A stretch of DNA of 64,000 nucleotides from Halocafeteria seosinensis (Eukaryota), in assembly GCA_001687465.1 (NCBI GenBank), contig LVLI01000304.1:1-64000 (forward strand). Reading direction: 5' to 3'. Position 1 is the first letter of the stretch. Every line of letters begins with the position of its first letter. Below are positions 22,603 to 35,844 of the stretch, in pieces. The notes under the pieces were generated by a model. It was not told the origin of the DNA and searched no databases. It saw nothing but the letters and a program-made list of their open reading frames with translations. A program made the position numbers and the translations under genes.

Positions 22603-25247
22603 ATGGCGTCATCCTCCGCGTCGTCATCGGGTTGGTTCTCTCATAGGGCTGGCCATGGAGGTGGGAACAGGCAGGAGCAGGGGAAGGATGAGGAAGAAGA
22701 GATGTTTACGCCTCTACTACGGGATGACCAAGCCATCGACTCTTCCCAACACAATCCTGATGGCTTCTTCTATGGAGCTACGGAAGCGCCTGGGGGCTCA
22801 CAAGATGATATCGTGTATTACGCTGCCACGTCTGAGCAAGTTCGCTCGGAGCATGCCCAAAAGCAGAGGGCCTTTCGATTGTCAGAACTCAGTCGTTCCC
22901 TGGAGGAACAAAGCCTATTGAAGGAGAATACAGATGGACGAAATGGAAATGGGCACGATCACAGCGTGGAGTTAAATAGCTCCATTAACTCGTATACGTC
23001 GGCTCCTTCGTTGAGTGACCATGACCGGGATACTCCACGAGGAATTCATGCTACCACCACCACGACTGTCCAGCAAGCAACCAGTGGGGCCGATGAGACA
23101 AGTAAACCCTTAGTGTCGCCGTTGTCGACACATACACATTCGTCCACGTCGCAACACGATGAATTCGGGCACACCGAGCGTGATATTTCCACGGATTCAG
23201 GAGGGCGTAGATCCAAGAAGGGACTCAATCGTGGATCCCGTCCAAGAGGACAAAAGAGTTTCAAACATAAATTTAAAGGGAATCGTACAAGTCCACAGAT
23301 AAACAGGCCTTCATCTTCCCTTCCGTCGTATGAGAAGGACGCTTTGCTGAGTAATGGAAAAATGGAGACCCAAAGCCACTCTGCAGCTCCACAAGACCAA
23401 TCTCCGTGGGAGTCTGCATCGGTCTCGCTTTCACATTCAAGTGAGGGACGAAGTAAGTTGTGCATCTAATCACTGATCGCCATTATTATCAAACGCTTAT
23501 TTGATGTTGACGGCTGAGTTCGCAGGACAACAATACGTCCCTCAGTCTCCGAGTCGCCAGCCTTTCATTCCTAAACGGAATACATTATTGGCATCTAAAG
23601 TGCGCTATTATAGCAGTTTACGGCATATTCAGAACAAGAATGCTGGCCCCAATGTGCGACAGGATTCGGGATTCCTACTACCCCCGGTTCATTTAATAGA
23701 TCCAACAGGTATGTCCCGTTTTCTCTGGATGGAGACTGTGTGCTGCATACCAGTTTTACCAAATGCGGTGCGAATGAAATACAGTTTTTGGGTTAGAAGA
23801 CAGCGGAGAAGGTAAAGAGCAATCAAGCTGGGCAACGATATCAACCATTGTAAATACGATGATGGGCACAACCGTGGTTGCGCTTCCGTTTGGTTTTGCT
23901 CATGCGGGCATATCGATGAGCCTCTTACTCATTGGCATGATTGGATTTGTTGCTTGCTTTACATGCATACTAATCGTTCATCACGGCAGGGTATGTTGTA
24001 TAGATACTAAGTACGAATATAAATGCTTATCTGTTATTCCACTTTTGCAGGAGTTCGACGAGTTCTCCGACTTCGTAAAACACTACTTGGGCGCGCGGAT
24101 GCAACTGTTATCTTGGATAATGAGCATTGCAGTTATCGTCGGCGCGGCAATGATATATCATATTCTGATGCAAGAATCGTTCTTCGAGGTGGTTGAGACA
24201 ATACTGAATCACACATATGGGTTTCAGCATCATCATTCTGGGTGGAGCCGTCCAATTGCGGCGCTGATTCCTTTGTTTGTCTTTCCTTTTGCCAACTTGA
24301 AGAGTATCAAAAAGCTTGTTAAGTTTAACGGGATAGGATTCTTCTTCTTATGGTACACACTGTTCTTCATTTTCTATCACGGTATCAGAACCCTGGTGAA
24401 GAAAGAAGCTGTATACCAGCCGACAATGTCAGGCACTTCTGATGGATTCGAGCATGGGACGATGCATATTATTTACGGGGCGCGCGCAACGTTTGGATCG
24501 CTTAGTGGAATGATGATGCTTTCATTTTTCATTCATAATTGCATACAACCCATCGTGAAGAACGCTCCCTACGAAAACCGCAAACGAGATATAATGTTAG
24601 CGTAAGCGTTAATTGCCAATGTCATTCATTTTCGGTTGCTGTGAATCATGGTTCCTTAACTTTGGCTGCAGATACGTCTTAGCGGGTATCTGCTACACTC
24701 TGGTCGGCGTGCTAGGTTATCTGGGGTTCGCTGATGGGGGAGAAGTGAAAGGAAACTTTCTTGAAATGTTTCCTGCCACATTTGACAATGGCCAGTATGT
24801 ATAGCTCTAAGTTTTTGTTTCAAATCACTTAGAGCCTCGATTACTGTCGTTTGCAGAGACATCTATGCTTTTACGGCAAGAACGAGTTTACTTGGCCAAT
24901 TGTTAGTAGTATACCCTGTGCTAGTGTATATAATCCGTACTCAAACACTGGGGTATATCTACGACGATACTCACCCGGGCCTTCCAAAAGTCTTGACGAC
25001 GTCTACGTGTATTTTCGCGGTCACATACACAATCGCAGCATTAAACGTCAATGTCGCCGCAGTTACAAGGTTTAGCGGGGCTATTTGCGGATTCGTGCTT
25101 ATATTTGTGGTTCCTATAGGCGTTGACATGTTGATACGTCGTCGAGACAACACATGGAGCTGGGGGTGGCGGATACTACACACAGCCATCCTCACTTTGG
25201 GGACAACCGTCTTCATCCTTCAGTTTATTCCCTCGTTATCTCCTTAG
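22603..25247 (+). CDS. SLC38A9: SLC38A9-like amino-acid transporter with a long cytosolic N-terminus, multi-exon
   Basis: NTMMGTTVVALPFGF (TM1), LSGMMMLSFFIHNCI, NRKRD and N-terminal KVRYYSSL, all recalled as SLC38A9 signatures. Confidence 0.8.
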
Positions 25248-25522
25248 ACGACGAAAAACTATCCTAAGACTGAGCAGGTGGTAGCTGTATGTACAGCACA
25301 CTCATTCAATGTGCTGCGTGTACATTGTACTACAGAATGATAGTAACACTGAAGAGTCTAGTAGAGACCCACAGTGTACAAGTGTAGTGGTTACTTGCAA
25401 GCCGATCTATTTCGTAGATTCTTCAATAACAAGACAGGTTTCCGAGTTATTTGTTGTTTGTTCGTCTGATTTCGTTTGTTTAATCTTTTTGCTTCTAAAC
25501 GATACATTTATAAGGAAGAAGC

Positions 25523-26782
25523 ATGAGTGATAATGAAGAGGAAAAGGAGACGAAAGCCCAACCTCGCTTAGGCAAACAACTGGAGCAAAATTATCCTTGT
25601 CTAGACTGTAAACGGAAATTGGCGGCGGCTGATTTTTCACGATACCAGCTATACCGCTTCGATAATGACTCCCATAGATACTGTCTACGATGTGAAAAGG
25701 CTCAGCGAAAAGTGCTATTTAAACAAAATCAAACTGAACTTGCCTATAGAGCCCAGAGAACGGCAAACCCCTTCCAAGCAGTGGCAGAGCGAAATAGATA
25801 CTACTTTTGGGTGCATGGAAACAAGCGTACACTACCTGTAAATGCGTATAATCCGAAAGTATGTCCCCGCTCAATTTCTACAAATATGGCTGCTCGCATA
25901 AAAGATGTGTTTCTGTTGTAACCCGTTGCCAGACTGGACGAACGCTGCTCATGGAAACTTTGCTCATCAAGGACACACCACTGGTGATTTACCTTCTCGA
26001 ATTAGGCGCAAATCCTTTTGCGAAGAGCCTTCGAGGGAAGGATACGACTTTGCACTTTGCAGCCCTTGGAGGCGATATCCACTGTGTAGATGTAAGATCA
26101 GATGCCTTTTACACAGACATACTGATGTACTCATGCTTTGGCTCTCTTGGAGACAGGTGATCTACAATTGTGGAGTGTCTGTCAATTCTTTGAATTCTTA
26201 TGGAATGTCACCTCTTCACTACGTCACTTCTCCTTCTTTAGTCAGCTTTTTTCTTGATCGTGGAGCAAACGATGTGGCCATGGATAAGCTGAAACGAACT
26301 CCCATAACCGCCGCAAGAGATGGCAATTTAATGGGAGTATTTAACGAGTACATAGCGTTAAATGAAGAACGCAACAGGCTACGAACAAGAAGATTGGAAA
26401 CGGCCAAATACAGAAGGGCAACTGCATTGTCCAAGATGGAAGAGCAGCGATCTCGGGAGGAACTGCGATGGATGAAAGAACGCGAGGCGAAGTTTAAGAG
26501 GAAAATGCAACAGGTAACTACATCATTATTGCATTGCATTTCATTTCAGATTGTCTGTTTACATTGTCTTGGAGCTCTATGCAGGCATATGCACTCTGGA
26601 GAGTACCTGATCCCCTGGAGCGAGCACGAAGACAGCGGGAACAATGGAGAAAAACAAGAGCAGGGAGCAGTAGCGAGCGAAAACGAACCAATACTGCCTC
26701 TTCGGCGGACAAACAAAGCACAAAGTCGTTCGAAACAGTTGAAGACAAGATCCACGTCCCTGTATTACGGATGAATGATTGA
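25523..26782 (+). CDS. Protein with an N-terminal C4 zinc-finger-like motif, ankyrin repeats and a C-terminal coiled coil
   Basis: CLDCKRK..FSRYQL..RYCLRC; ankyrin motifs GRTLLM..LLELGANP, TTLHFAALGG, GMSPLHY..FLDRGA, RTPI; GT-AG introns at ~25859, ~26092 and ~26514. Confidence 0.75.
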
Positions 26783-26805
26783 TGCCAGCGGAAGGAATTG
26801 CTTCC

Positions 26806-29208
26806 TCATGGTAATACTAGTAGTGGTGAAATGCTTGGCCGCCCGTGCGCACATTGGAAAGGCAGCTGGCACTGTTCGAGATTCGACACTAGCCGGCGCA
26901 TGGCGTCGGTACTTAGAATATCGCCGAACATTATCGCACCTCGGCACGCTTTGCTGTTCAGAATACGTTTCACAAAAGAAGGGGAATGGCGGTTAGATAA
27001 GCCATTCAGATCAGCGTCCTTTGGCGGTAGCAAGTGCTTAAGCTTTTCTAGATAATCATAGAAATCTTGCTCACCTGTAAGCTCTCCAACAAGAGACGGT
27101 GTATGTGTCAAGGCGATCTTTCGAAAGGAAGCATCATCATATTCAACGTGCCAGTGCCATCCCCAAAATTTAAACATCTCAGCATATGTTTTCACAATCG
27201 TATAGTCAGACGCAGACAAAAGCAAAGGATGGCATTCATCTAGTTTTATACAACGTAGTAAGTACTCTTTTGCATTACCGCTTCCAAACCTTAATTGCTC
27301 CTTCAACATTTTTTCCATTTCCTCGACACGAATCCTTTCATCCGCTGCGTGCTGGTCAATAGCTATAAACGCACTTAAAGCGCGAAACGTTTGGCCTACT
27401 TCATGGGGCATAGATAGCATCGCCTTACACACAATAAACTTAAGATCAAGCTGCCCAAGAACTCTCAAAGATTGAAAGTTCTCCTTTTGGAGAGAAAATC
27501 GAAAATGCTGGGGAAGCTGAGTGGGAGGTGCTGCTCGTGTACTGATCTTGTGTATGCTTGGAGCAGCTAAGACTGTAGACGAAGATCGTTGAAAGAATTT
27601 CGACTGGGTCCGATCATAGACGGGAGGAAACTCCTTTGCCTGAATAAAATCATTGTAAACCAATCGCTTCTGTACCTTCGGAGCCCGTGGCTGGCAGGCT
27701 ACCTGTCGTTTTGTCTCTAGGGGGCTAGCAAAGAAGGGATCCAATTCTCTCCCTTCGCCGCTATAACTCAATGACGACGCACCTATCGCAAAATTGTTCA
27801 CCAGGGGACTGCTAGTTTCTTCGAACTCGGACGTGCTACTGCTAAACTGAGAAGCAAAGATGTCACTGCAGTCTTTTTGCGTTTCATACTCATTGCTACC
27901 TTCCGCTGTTGATGATGACACCGAGGATCCTGTATCGTCTTCGCCAACAACATTCTCTGTATAGTTGCGTATTGCAGCGGTTAACTTGTCCGTCAACGTC
28001 TGCATTAAGAACTGTGAGTCAGCAAAATAAACCTCTTGGGTGGTGCCGCCATGCTCGATAAAGTAATCGGTTGTCCCACACAATACTTCAAGCACGCACA
28101 TAAGCGAATACTTCTTCCTAGGTGATTTCTTAGTCCGAAGCCAGCTGTTCAGTTTGGTTGCGCAAGAGTCAAGAACCTCCCCAAACTGACGCGACTCGCA
28201 AGGCACACCATTTACGTAAAAATGCCTAACGTTCGTACGGGAAGCGACTGCCCAAAATCCCCGTAGGCAAAACTTCGGCCGCTCACATTCTTCTAGAAAC
28301 GGTTGTAGTGGCGTAATGTTGATCTTCCCATAAATCTGGTGAAATCTTGTAAATGTGTTTGTCGTCGGTTCTAGTACGAGCGGTTGCTTTCCAGTCTTGT
28401 AATTCTTGAATGAAAAACTTACTTCCGGGTGTAGCATACTTATAGATTCTGTCTTGTGGAGAATAACCTTAAGCTCCTCATCTGTTCGGAGGGAGCGAGA
28501 CCGAACAGGTAACGAGCAATATATTCCTCGTACTGTCACTGAAGTGCCCCGCAGTCGCTGCCGTGCACTGCTACCGGCTTTACACAGTTTGCCATGTCTG
28601 AACACTTTTTCAACAACGGAATTAGACTGTTTTCTGCGGGACTTCTTGTTAGTATGGAAGCATGGATTCGTGAATCCTGGAGCATCCTCTTCTTCCTGGA
28701 ATTCTCCCGTTGTAGAGACAATCTCTACAGATTCCGTCGAACCGACTATAGATGCAAGCGTCTCCCCACGAGACCCGTACGTGCCTTTACTATGATATAA
28801 CGCTTTTGTTGAAGCATTGCTTTCTCCCAGCATAGAGATTTCTTCAGAGCTAAGTCCGACGCCTGCAGATAAGTACCAGCGCAACGAATCACCTAGCAAG
28901 GAATTCTACGTGAGAAGAGCGGCAAGCATACCATTATCATCAACTTGTACGGCTTTTTTCGAAAAATCTATAACAACCCCAATTGACGTCGCCTCGGCAT
29001 CAAGAGCATTCAAAATCACTGCATAATGCGTTGCATGTTGTCTCCATTTCACATCAAATTCCAGGAAGCCCGACATTTTGCACTTACACTGTTCAACAAT
29101 TGACGCAAAGGAAGAAACAATCGCATGGCATCGAATACTACTTTGGACTCCTGGAGAAAGCTGCTGTATGCGTTGTGATCGACTGATACGCTGTATTGAA
29201 GAGCTCAT
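26806..29208 (-). CDS. MLH3: MutL homolog 3 (mismatch repair / meiotic crossover endonuclease)
   Basis: GHKL motifs LILNALDA, DDNGVG, YGSRGETLASI, GTSV; endonuclease motif DQHAADERIRVE; SKACRGAIMFGD; CQLPFQCAHGRPS. Confidence 0.93.
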
Positions 29209-29536
29209 ATCGTCATGGAGCGCTTCATGCTGGTGCCAGCAACCTGTACATTACACTTCCACCTTAATACAACTGCGTCTATTCTATCCACTTTCATACT
29301 AGCGTACAGAAAACCGATGCTTATATCATTTACTATGTGGTCAGCATTACATGCTCATATCATGGTCTTCAAGACATCCCAAACACAATGCGAGTTGTGA
29401 AGCCAAACTGTGAAGGTAGCAAGCAAGCAATCTCTCCAGTAGAGTCTCTACCCACTGGGGCTCACTGGTCAGTCGCAAGGGCATGTGCCACAGTTGCAAA
29501 CGGTATGCAGTCGGGGTACATCTCAACGAGTCAGTG

Positions 29537-31056
29537 TTATGATTCACGAATCAAGGTGGAAGAATGAGGACTTTCTTTCGGTTCCTCTCCAAAACTACAT
29601 GAGTTTCTCTTCCGTTCTGAAAACTTCCCGCCAAGTACAATGGCCAAAAATATTAAAGCACCTATTTTAGCATTGGAAACAAAACGATTCGTGCAACTCC
29701 AGCGGTCTTCATAGTCAGCTGTCCATACCTGCCAAAGAAGATGGGAGTACGCACCGCCTAAACCTGCGTAAAATGGCCATGCAAGACCATCATTATAACC
29801 TGCTACAGCAAGTCCCGAACACATTAGTGTAGCAAATCCTGTCAACACACGCGGGGTTTGTTCCCCTAGCAGAAGGGCAGTAGACTTGAGTCCTAGCTTC
29901 TTGTCATCTTCTTTATCTTGGTGGGCGTATATCGTGTCGTATACAACCGTCCATGAAATACAGCTAAGGTATAAAGGCATCACAACGTCCCAAGCTATCC
30001 AGCCTGTCACGGCTGCCCACCCGAGCATAGCACCTGCACGCCGCAACGCTCCATTCGTAGTGTTCATGCCACATATAAGGATGGAATTTTCATTAACCTA
30101 CCCCAATTAAACGCTAGTCCTAGTACTATTTGAGGCCAATATGTAAACCTCTTAGCCAGCGGATAAAGTGTGACTGGAATGAGCGCCAGAGCTCCAAGCT
30201 GTATGCTGTATTATGACCAAGGCTAAGTCAGACAAGAGGAGAAAACTCGCGCCCAACCATTAGAACATACCTAAACCAATTCAATTGGAGCAGGACAGCT
30301 AACCCACAAGATAATTCAACACCAAGAAAACATAAGGCTTGAAACGGAGTCATGGTGCCTGCTGCTAGCGGTCTCTGTGTAGTTCGTGCAACTTGCTTAT
30401 CAAATTTCATGTCCCACATATCATTAATCGTGCAACCCGCTCCCCTCATAACGAAAGCTCCCACAGCTGGTGTACGATGCCGATTAGCAGAGAAATAGGA
30501 GATCAGTGAACTGTTCCGATATTTTGTACAGCCTTTGTTTTTCCTCCACGTACCGAATAGAAACAAGGTATGTAAATCGGGCCACTCTCCCGCAGGAGCC
30601 GCCAGAGATATACTCCACAGTGATGGCCAGAGCAGAAGCCATGTGCCTGCGTGTGTAGTAGAACCACTGCGCCTCAGCCTCATGTCAGAGTTGTCTCCAC
30701 TTCTGCCACATCTTACCTATTGGCCTGTCGATGCGCATGATTTTGCAGTAAGGCTGTATCCAATGAGGCATTTTGTTATCCACCCATGTATTGTTTTGGT
30801 CTCTGAACAATTCCTTCGGGTCAAACTCGTCCTCTACTGTTGGTGGCTTCCTTTCATTCTCCGAAGTTTGCCTGTAATTCCCATCACTGAATGATCGAAT
30901 GGCAAATGCACGTGCAGGGAAGTCCGTTGTTGTTCTGGAAGCCTTGTATAGCCCCCACCGAGCCCCACATGAGCTGTGGAGGAGACAAGTCTGTCGGCTG
31001 CTCGACAACTGTGGTGCGCCACGGATGCTCCTCCGCCATAAGCGTCCGGATATCAT
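29537..31056 (-). CDS. COQ2: 4-hydroxybenzoate polyprenyltransferase, mitochondrial (UbiA family), multi-exon
   Basis: Arg-rich presequence; [64 protein letters not shown]. Confidence 0.95.
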
Positions 31057-31250
31057 TGTAATCACCGCCGCAAATATACTTCACCTGTTAACCAAAGTGA
31101 TGCAATTCGGTAAAGAAGGGAGAAACTAGAACCAAGCTTCACTGCAGAGCAGTGCAGACAGTTGCTCAAACTTCACAACGGGTACAGATTAATTCAAAAA
31201 CCTTGTTTATAGCTGTAATTCTCGCATTTACATTAAAAAAAAAACTTGCG

Positions 31251-33160
31251 CTATAAGAAAGAGCCATGGGAGCTCTTCTCAAGAGGATGATCCCGAGCAG
31301 AGAACGTCTGACCCAAGCGAGACTTAAAGTATATAGGCTTCGAGTGCACACTCGCTGAACTATCTGTGCTTTCCAGAAAGTGCGTTTGTTCATCTGTGAA
31401 TCCCTCGGTGGAACGTGGAGTTTTAAGTGGAGAAACACTGGACCCGTATGTAGACGTAAACGCTCGCGATTTGCTCGGGCTACGTGGGCTACTAACTGGA
31501 GCACCACTAAGAACGTTCGTCCAACGAAGGTCGTTTAATTCCCGTTCGTACTTAGCGGCGTTATCTCTGGCAGACGATGCCGATTCGTTTACTTGTTTCA
31601 ACGCTTCCCGAAACTTGTCATTTTGCTTTTGCAACTCCATCAATCTGCAAGGGGTGAGACAAATTTGAGCTGTAACGGACCGGGTACGTTTTGACAACAC
31701 CAAGAGACGCACTTCTGTTCCTTAAAATTAAGCTGCTGCATAAGTCTATTTTTTTCGAACGAAGACACTTGTAAATGCTCCGAGATGTCCCTTTCACCAA
31801 GACCACTCGCCTCCTGCTGACGCCTCTGCAATGCCGCTTTCTGCACTTCCACAGTAGGAATCAATGTTAGAGGAGAATACGTATAGTAATTCCCTACTTA
31901 CCTCGGCCTCCTGCTGTATTCTGTCTGCAGAATTGATGGATCTTGTGATGCTTTCAACAGATGCCTTACTATTAATTTGCCGCTGTATATCGAGGAGTAT
32001 TTCTTTGAATGAATCCAGAGTTTCTTTTTCATGAGTGATAGCTCCGCTACTCTCCTTCATCGATGCTTGAAGCTCTTCGTTTTTTGTTTCCAACTCTGAT
32101 TTCTCTTCTCTAAGTTTCTTTATCTTTTGTTTTGCTGCTTCGTACTTCGATTGGACATTTTGGATCTGATTTTCTATTTGTTCTATATAATCGTCTTGCT
32201 CCTTGGCTTGTTCTTCCAGTTGCCGTTTTTCCTCAGATAAACTATGACAAGCATGCTTCCACTTATTGACAACGGAGGCGCTTTGCCGGGTGACTACTTC
32301 CTGGTAACCTTCAAGTTCCTCATCGTCTTCCTTAAGTGCCGTCAGCTGTTGGGACAGTGCCTCTTTTTCGCCCTCTACCGCTGTCACCTTGTCCTTAAGT
32401 GACAAGTTTTCGCGTTCATACGAAGAAAGCTTCGCCTTTAAAGAGTTGTTCGAATTCTTTAGTGATGATACCTTGCTCGAGACAGAATCTAAAGTCTCAA
32501 CTAGTTTTGCCTCACTATTTTTCTTCACTTGCAGTTCTTTCCGAAGCCTCTCAATTTCCTGGTCCTTCGCATCGTTACTAGTTGTGCCTTCATCTTGAAT
32601 GGCCTCAGCAGTCACACCGTTATTCCCCTTTCTTCTTTTGGATGCATCTCCACCAAAAGAAAGCCCCTTAAAATCCGACGAATGTTGATATTGCGTGGAC
32701 AGCACGTCGTACAGTCCCCTTCTGCCCGCTATGTTTTGCATTCGCAGCATATTAATTTCTTCCAGAAGTTGGGCTCGGGCAGCTGCCCCTTCCACAGCGA
32801 TTTTTCCATATTCTCTGACAACTTCCTGTGCAAGAATTTCAAAGACGAAAGCATCGTCCCGTTTGCCTATGTGGCTTGAGTGACGAAAGTTGGAAGTACC
32901 ATATCATACCACGTACCGTGGCTCTGCTTAAGCGATCTCGTAGGTCTTGGATAGTCTCCTCCAGTAGTTCTATTTTCTCCTCCTCTGTATACCCCTCCTG
33001 TTGGCCATTCTGGTCGTCTCCTTCCTCCACTGCCGTGTACTCTTGCTCATGACGGTGTTTGCTTTGCTGTTGTTGTTCATGTAGCTGTGACAGAGCCGAG
33101 GAAGTGTTCGTTACAGACTCCAACAACGAGTCTGCTGTCTTATTTTCGCCTTCCACTGCA
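31251..33160 (-). CDS. Hypothetical coiled-coil protein, multi-exon; 5' end unresolved
   Basis: ORFs 32839..33180, 31794..32795, 31640..31864 and 31251..31712 are E/K/Q-rich and joinable by GT-AG introns; no family recognised. Confidence 0.7.
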
Positions 33161-33683
33161 GATACAATTAATGCATACAAGACATAGCAAGTAGTCTCTC
33201 TGTTGATAGTGCCACAAGAGGCTGATATACGGTATACTTACTCTTGCTACCGGATAGCGTTCGGAAAAGCCCGTTCACAATATCAACGCCACCAAGATAC
33301 CCCTAAGAACACACACTTTTAAGAGTACATACCGTTGCGATAAATGTGGAAATGTTCGATAAGCACCACATCAATACAATGGCGCTCCTCAATCATCTCT
33401 GATCCTCACGTACCATGTGTGGTAGCGATCGCACCGTATCCGACAGAACCCGCCCGTGCCCGAGTTTTAACAATAACTTGACGGTTGGGAGTTCGAGATA
33501 TGGAAGCAAAATGGTCGAGTTATTCTCATGCTACTTGAACATTGATTTAATGCACTATCGCGTTGTAAACTTAATTGTCTTCCTACAGAAATGGTCGAAT
33601 TGTACCAAGCAGATTTGAAAACTCAAAGACGTGATTCCTCGAGTTTCCGGGCTCGAAGCTACTAAAAAGAACGACCTCCTACA

Positions 33684-35238
33684 TTACGCCCCTAGACCTG
33701 TTGTCAGGGCAGACGCTATGGATTTTAAGACGGGCGAGATGTCTTGTTCCCACCCGTTGCTCCACGAGGCTGCTAGCCGTACCAAGGAAGATGTGGCGTG
33801 GTCCTCGTGGTTTTCGTTACAGTTTGGCTCTTGAACGATCTTTGTGTATCCATGCTCTGTAATCTCAAGGCATTCTTCGGTAATATTTAGTGGAGTAGCA
33901 TCTCTGCCTCGGAAGACTTGACTGGCCGTCCAGGCTGTAAGTAAGTCATAATTTGGTGCGGTCCTGCAAATAGCCAATTGGATACAGAGCACTCATTTTT
34001 GCGTCGAGTGTGCTGAGTAGCTTACCCAGTTTCCGGACCTATGGGAAACGGAGCTGGTTCGGTCCCACCGTTTTGCCACCACACGCGGAACATATCCAGC
34101 AAAGTCCTCGGAATGGGCACGTCTGCTTTCGCCGAGCTAACTATTTTCTTATAGGGTTCCCCACGCACCTGAACGATACAAACGTACGCCAAATAAATTG
34201 AGTCATGATATACTTTTCTTTGCAAGGTTAGTTAGACTCACTTGGAAAAAGACCGCCGGGTCTAATGGCACCAAGACGGGAGTGCTGGCCCAGCTCGAAG
34301 TGAGGACTTTCTGGGCAGCACTAACATTCGTAGCTATGTTATATTCAGCTACAGGTGTAGTGCTGTTACCATATCCGCGAGAAATACTGCCTCCCATTAT
34401 TACGATATGAGTATGTCTAGCCAACTCGGGTTCTGGTATAAGTCCCATGACGTTGGGTCACGTGCGGTGAAAGATCATTGGACGTGGAACTCACCTCTTG
34501 ATAGTACTTCCGCAAGGTTTGTGCATGGAGCGAGCTCCAGGAGATGGATTGGATTTTCTTTCGTTCCACGCCTCAATCTATTAGCTAATTCTTCTATTCC
34601 CGATGCCTGCGTGACAGTCCCTGGTAACAACCACAAGAAGAACGGTTAGGGATTCGATCGTTGAGCTCCCAACAACCACTTGACTTTACCATTGTAGTCA
34701 CTAAGCGAGTACTCCTGCACCCAAGAATTCAAATATCCCATTTCATGTATAGGTTTGGTGTATATTCCTAAGCCCAACAGTGGTAAATCCGATTCCATGA
34801 GGTCCAACTGCTTCGCTGCAACCTGCACGCGAAATACACACCCTCATCGTAAGAGAGAGAGAGAGAAGCAAGATGGTTATGCAACTGAAGAGGACTTACT
34901 TTGGCTCGTCTTTTTACATCGTTTGTAGCTGTTATCATGTATGATATGTTGAAAATCCCCTTGAGCGCTGCCAGGTAGGCGATTCCCCATGAGTCGTCCA
35001 TGTCTGTGTGGATTGCATCAAGTCATTTCATTTCCAGCATCAGCGTCGTGCTAGACTTACAAGACCCGAGATCTGTGTCAATGACGACCTGGATTTTCTC
35101 ATTGTGGGGGTTGCTGTGGGGTGTTGGAATCCTCTCCACCGTGGCTCCCGACGAATCGGCAGTGTGTGCATTCGCTAACGCAAGGAGATAGAATAACAGC
35201 GCCAGAAAAATCAGCGAAAAGAAGGCGACATGCTTCAT
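33684..35238 (-). CDS. Secreted inosine/uridine-preferring nucleoside hydrolase family protein, multi-exon
   Basis: Signal-peptide-like N-terminus; VVIDTDLGSYMDD motif across an intron; VIMGGS; AEYNIATNVSAAQKVL; VPLD; YDLLTA. Confidence 0.87.
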
Positions 35239-35844
35239 GATTATTGTAGAAGCATTTTGACACCATATAAGATATAGCCAATTCCAGGACTTCTAGTATA
35301 CACTAAGGAGGTAACCGTATGGCATATGCTGACAGCGATGTTTTGTGAACTCCACACGTTCCTGTTACCAGACGTGCCACACAGGCTGTTGCTTCGGTTT
35401 TGCAGTGCCAAACAATTATTAGATGGTGGTAAAGCGCACAAAAAATTCCTCTCAAACAGAAGGGGAAGGAAGAACTTCGTTTGCAATATCAAGCAATCCG
35501 AAAAAGCAAACGCGGGAAAAAGACTATGCCTAGGCTTCTCTGCAAACCAACTGCAACAATGCTAATAGTCTTCATAAACTGGCAAAGAAGGCAGATGGGC
35601 AGATGAAACCAGTAGCATGCCACTGTAGTACACCAAGGTAAGCGTATGGAATATGTTCTGTTAGCTCAACTTGGGACGTGCAACTTGCAGCAGTTGTCAG
35701 CGTGTGTCGTCACCGACTCGTCAGTTGCTGCAACTGCAATTTAATGTTTAGAGAGCGGCCGTGGAGGAATAATGAGGAAAACAAGGTACTTGCTGGCTGT
35801 TTCATTCCCCGACACTGTTGTTAAAGAATAAAACCTACCATTTG

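Noticed and set aside
28750..28790. MLH3 GSRGETL instead of GFRGEAL
   Set aside because: MLH3 ATPase motifs are commonly divergent and the endonuclease motifs are intact; not enough to infer altered function.
35680..35740. Imperfect hairpin (ttgcagcagttg...cagttgctgcaa) downstream of the kinase
   Set aside because: Short, low-complexity TGCA-rich stem matching no RNA family I recognise.
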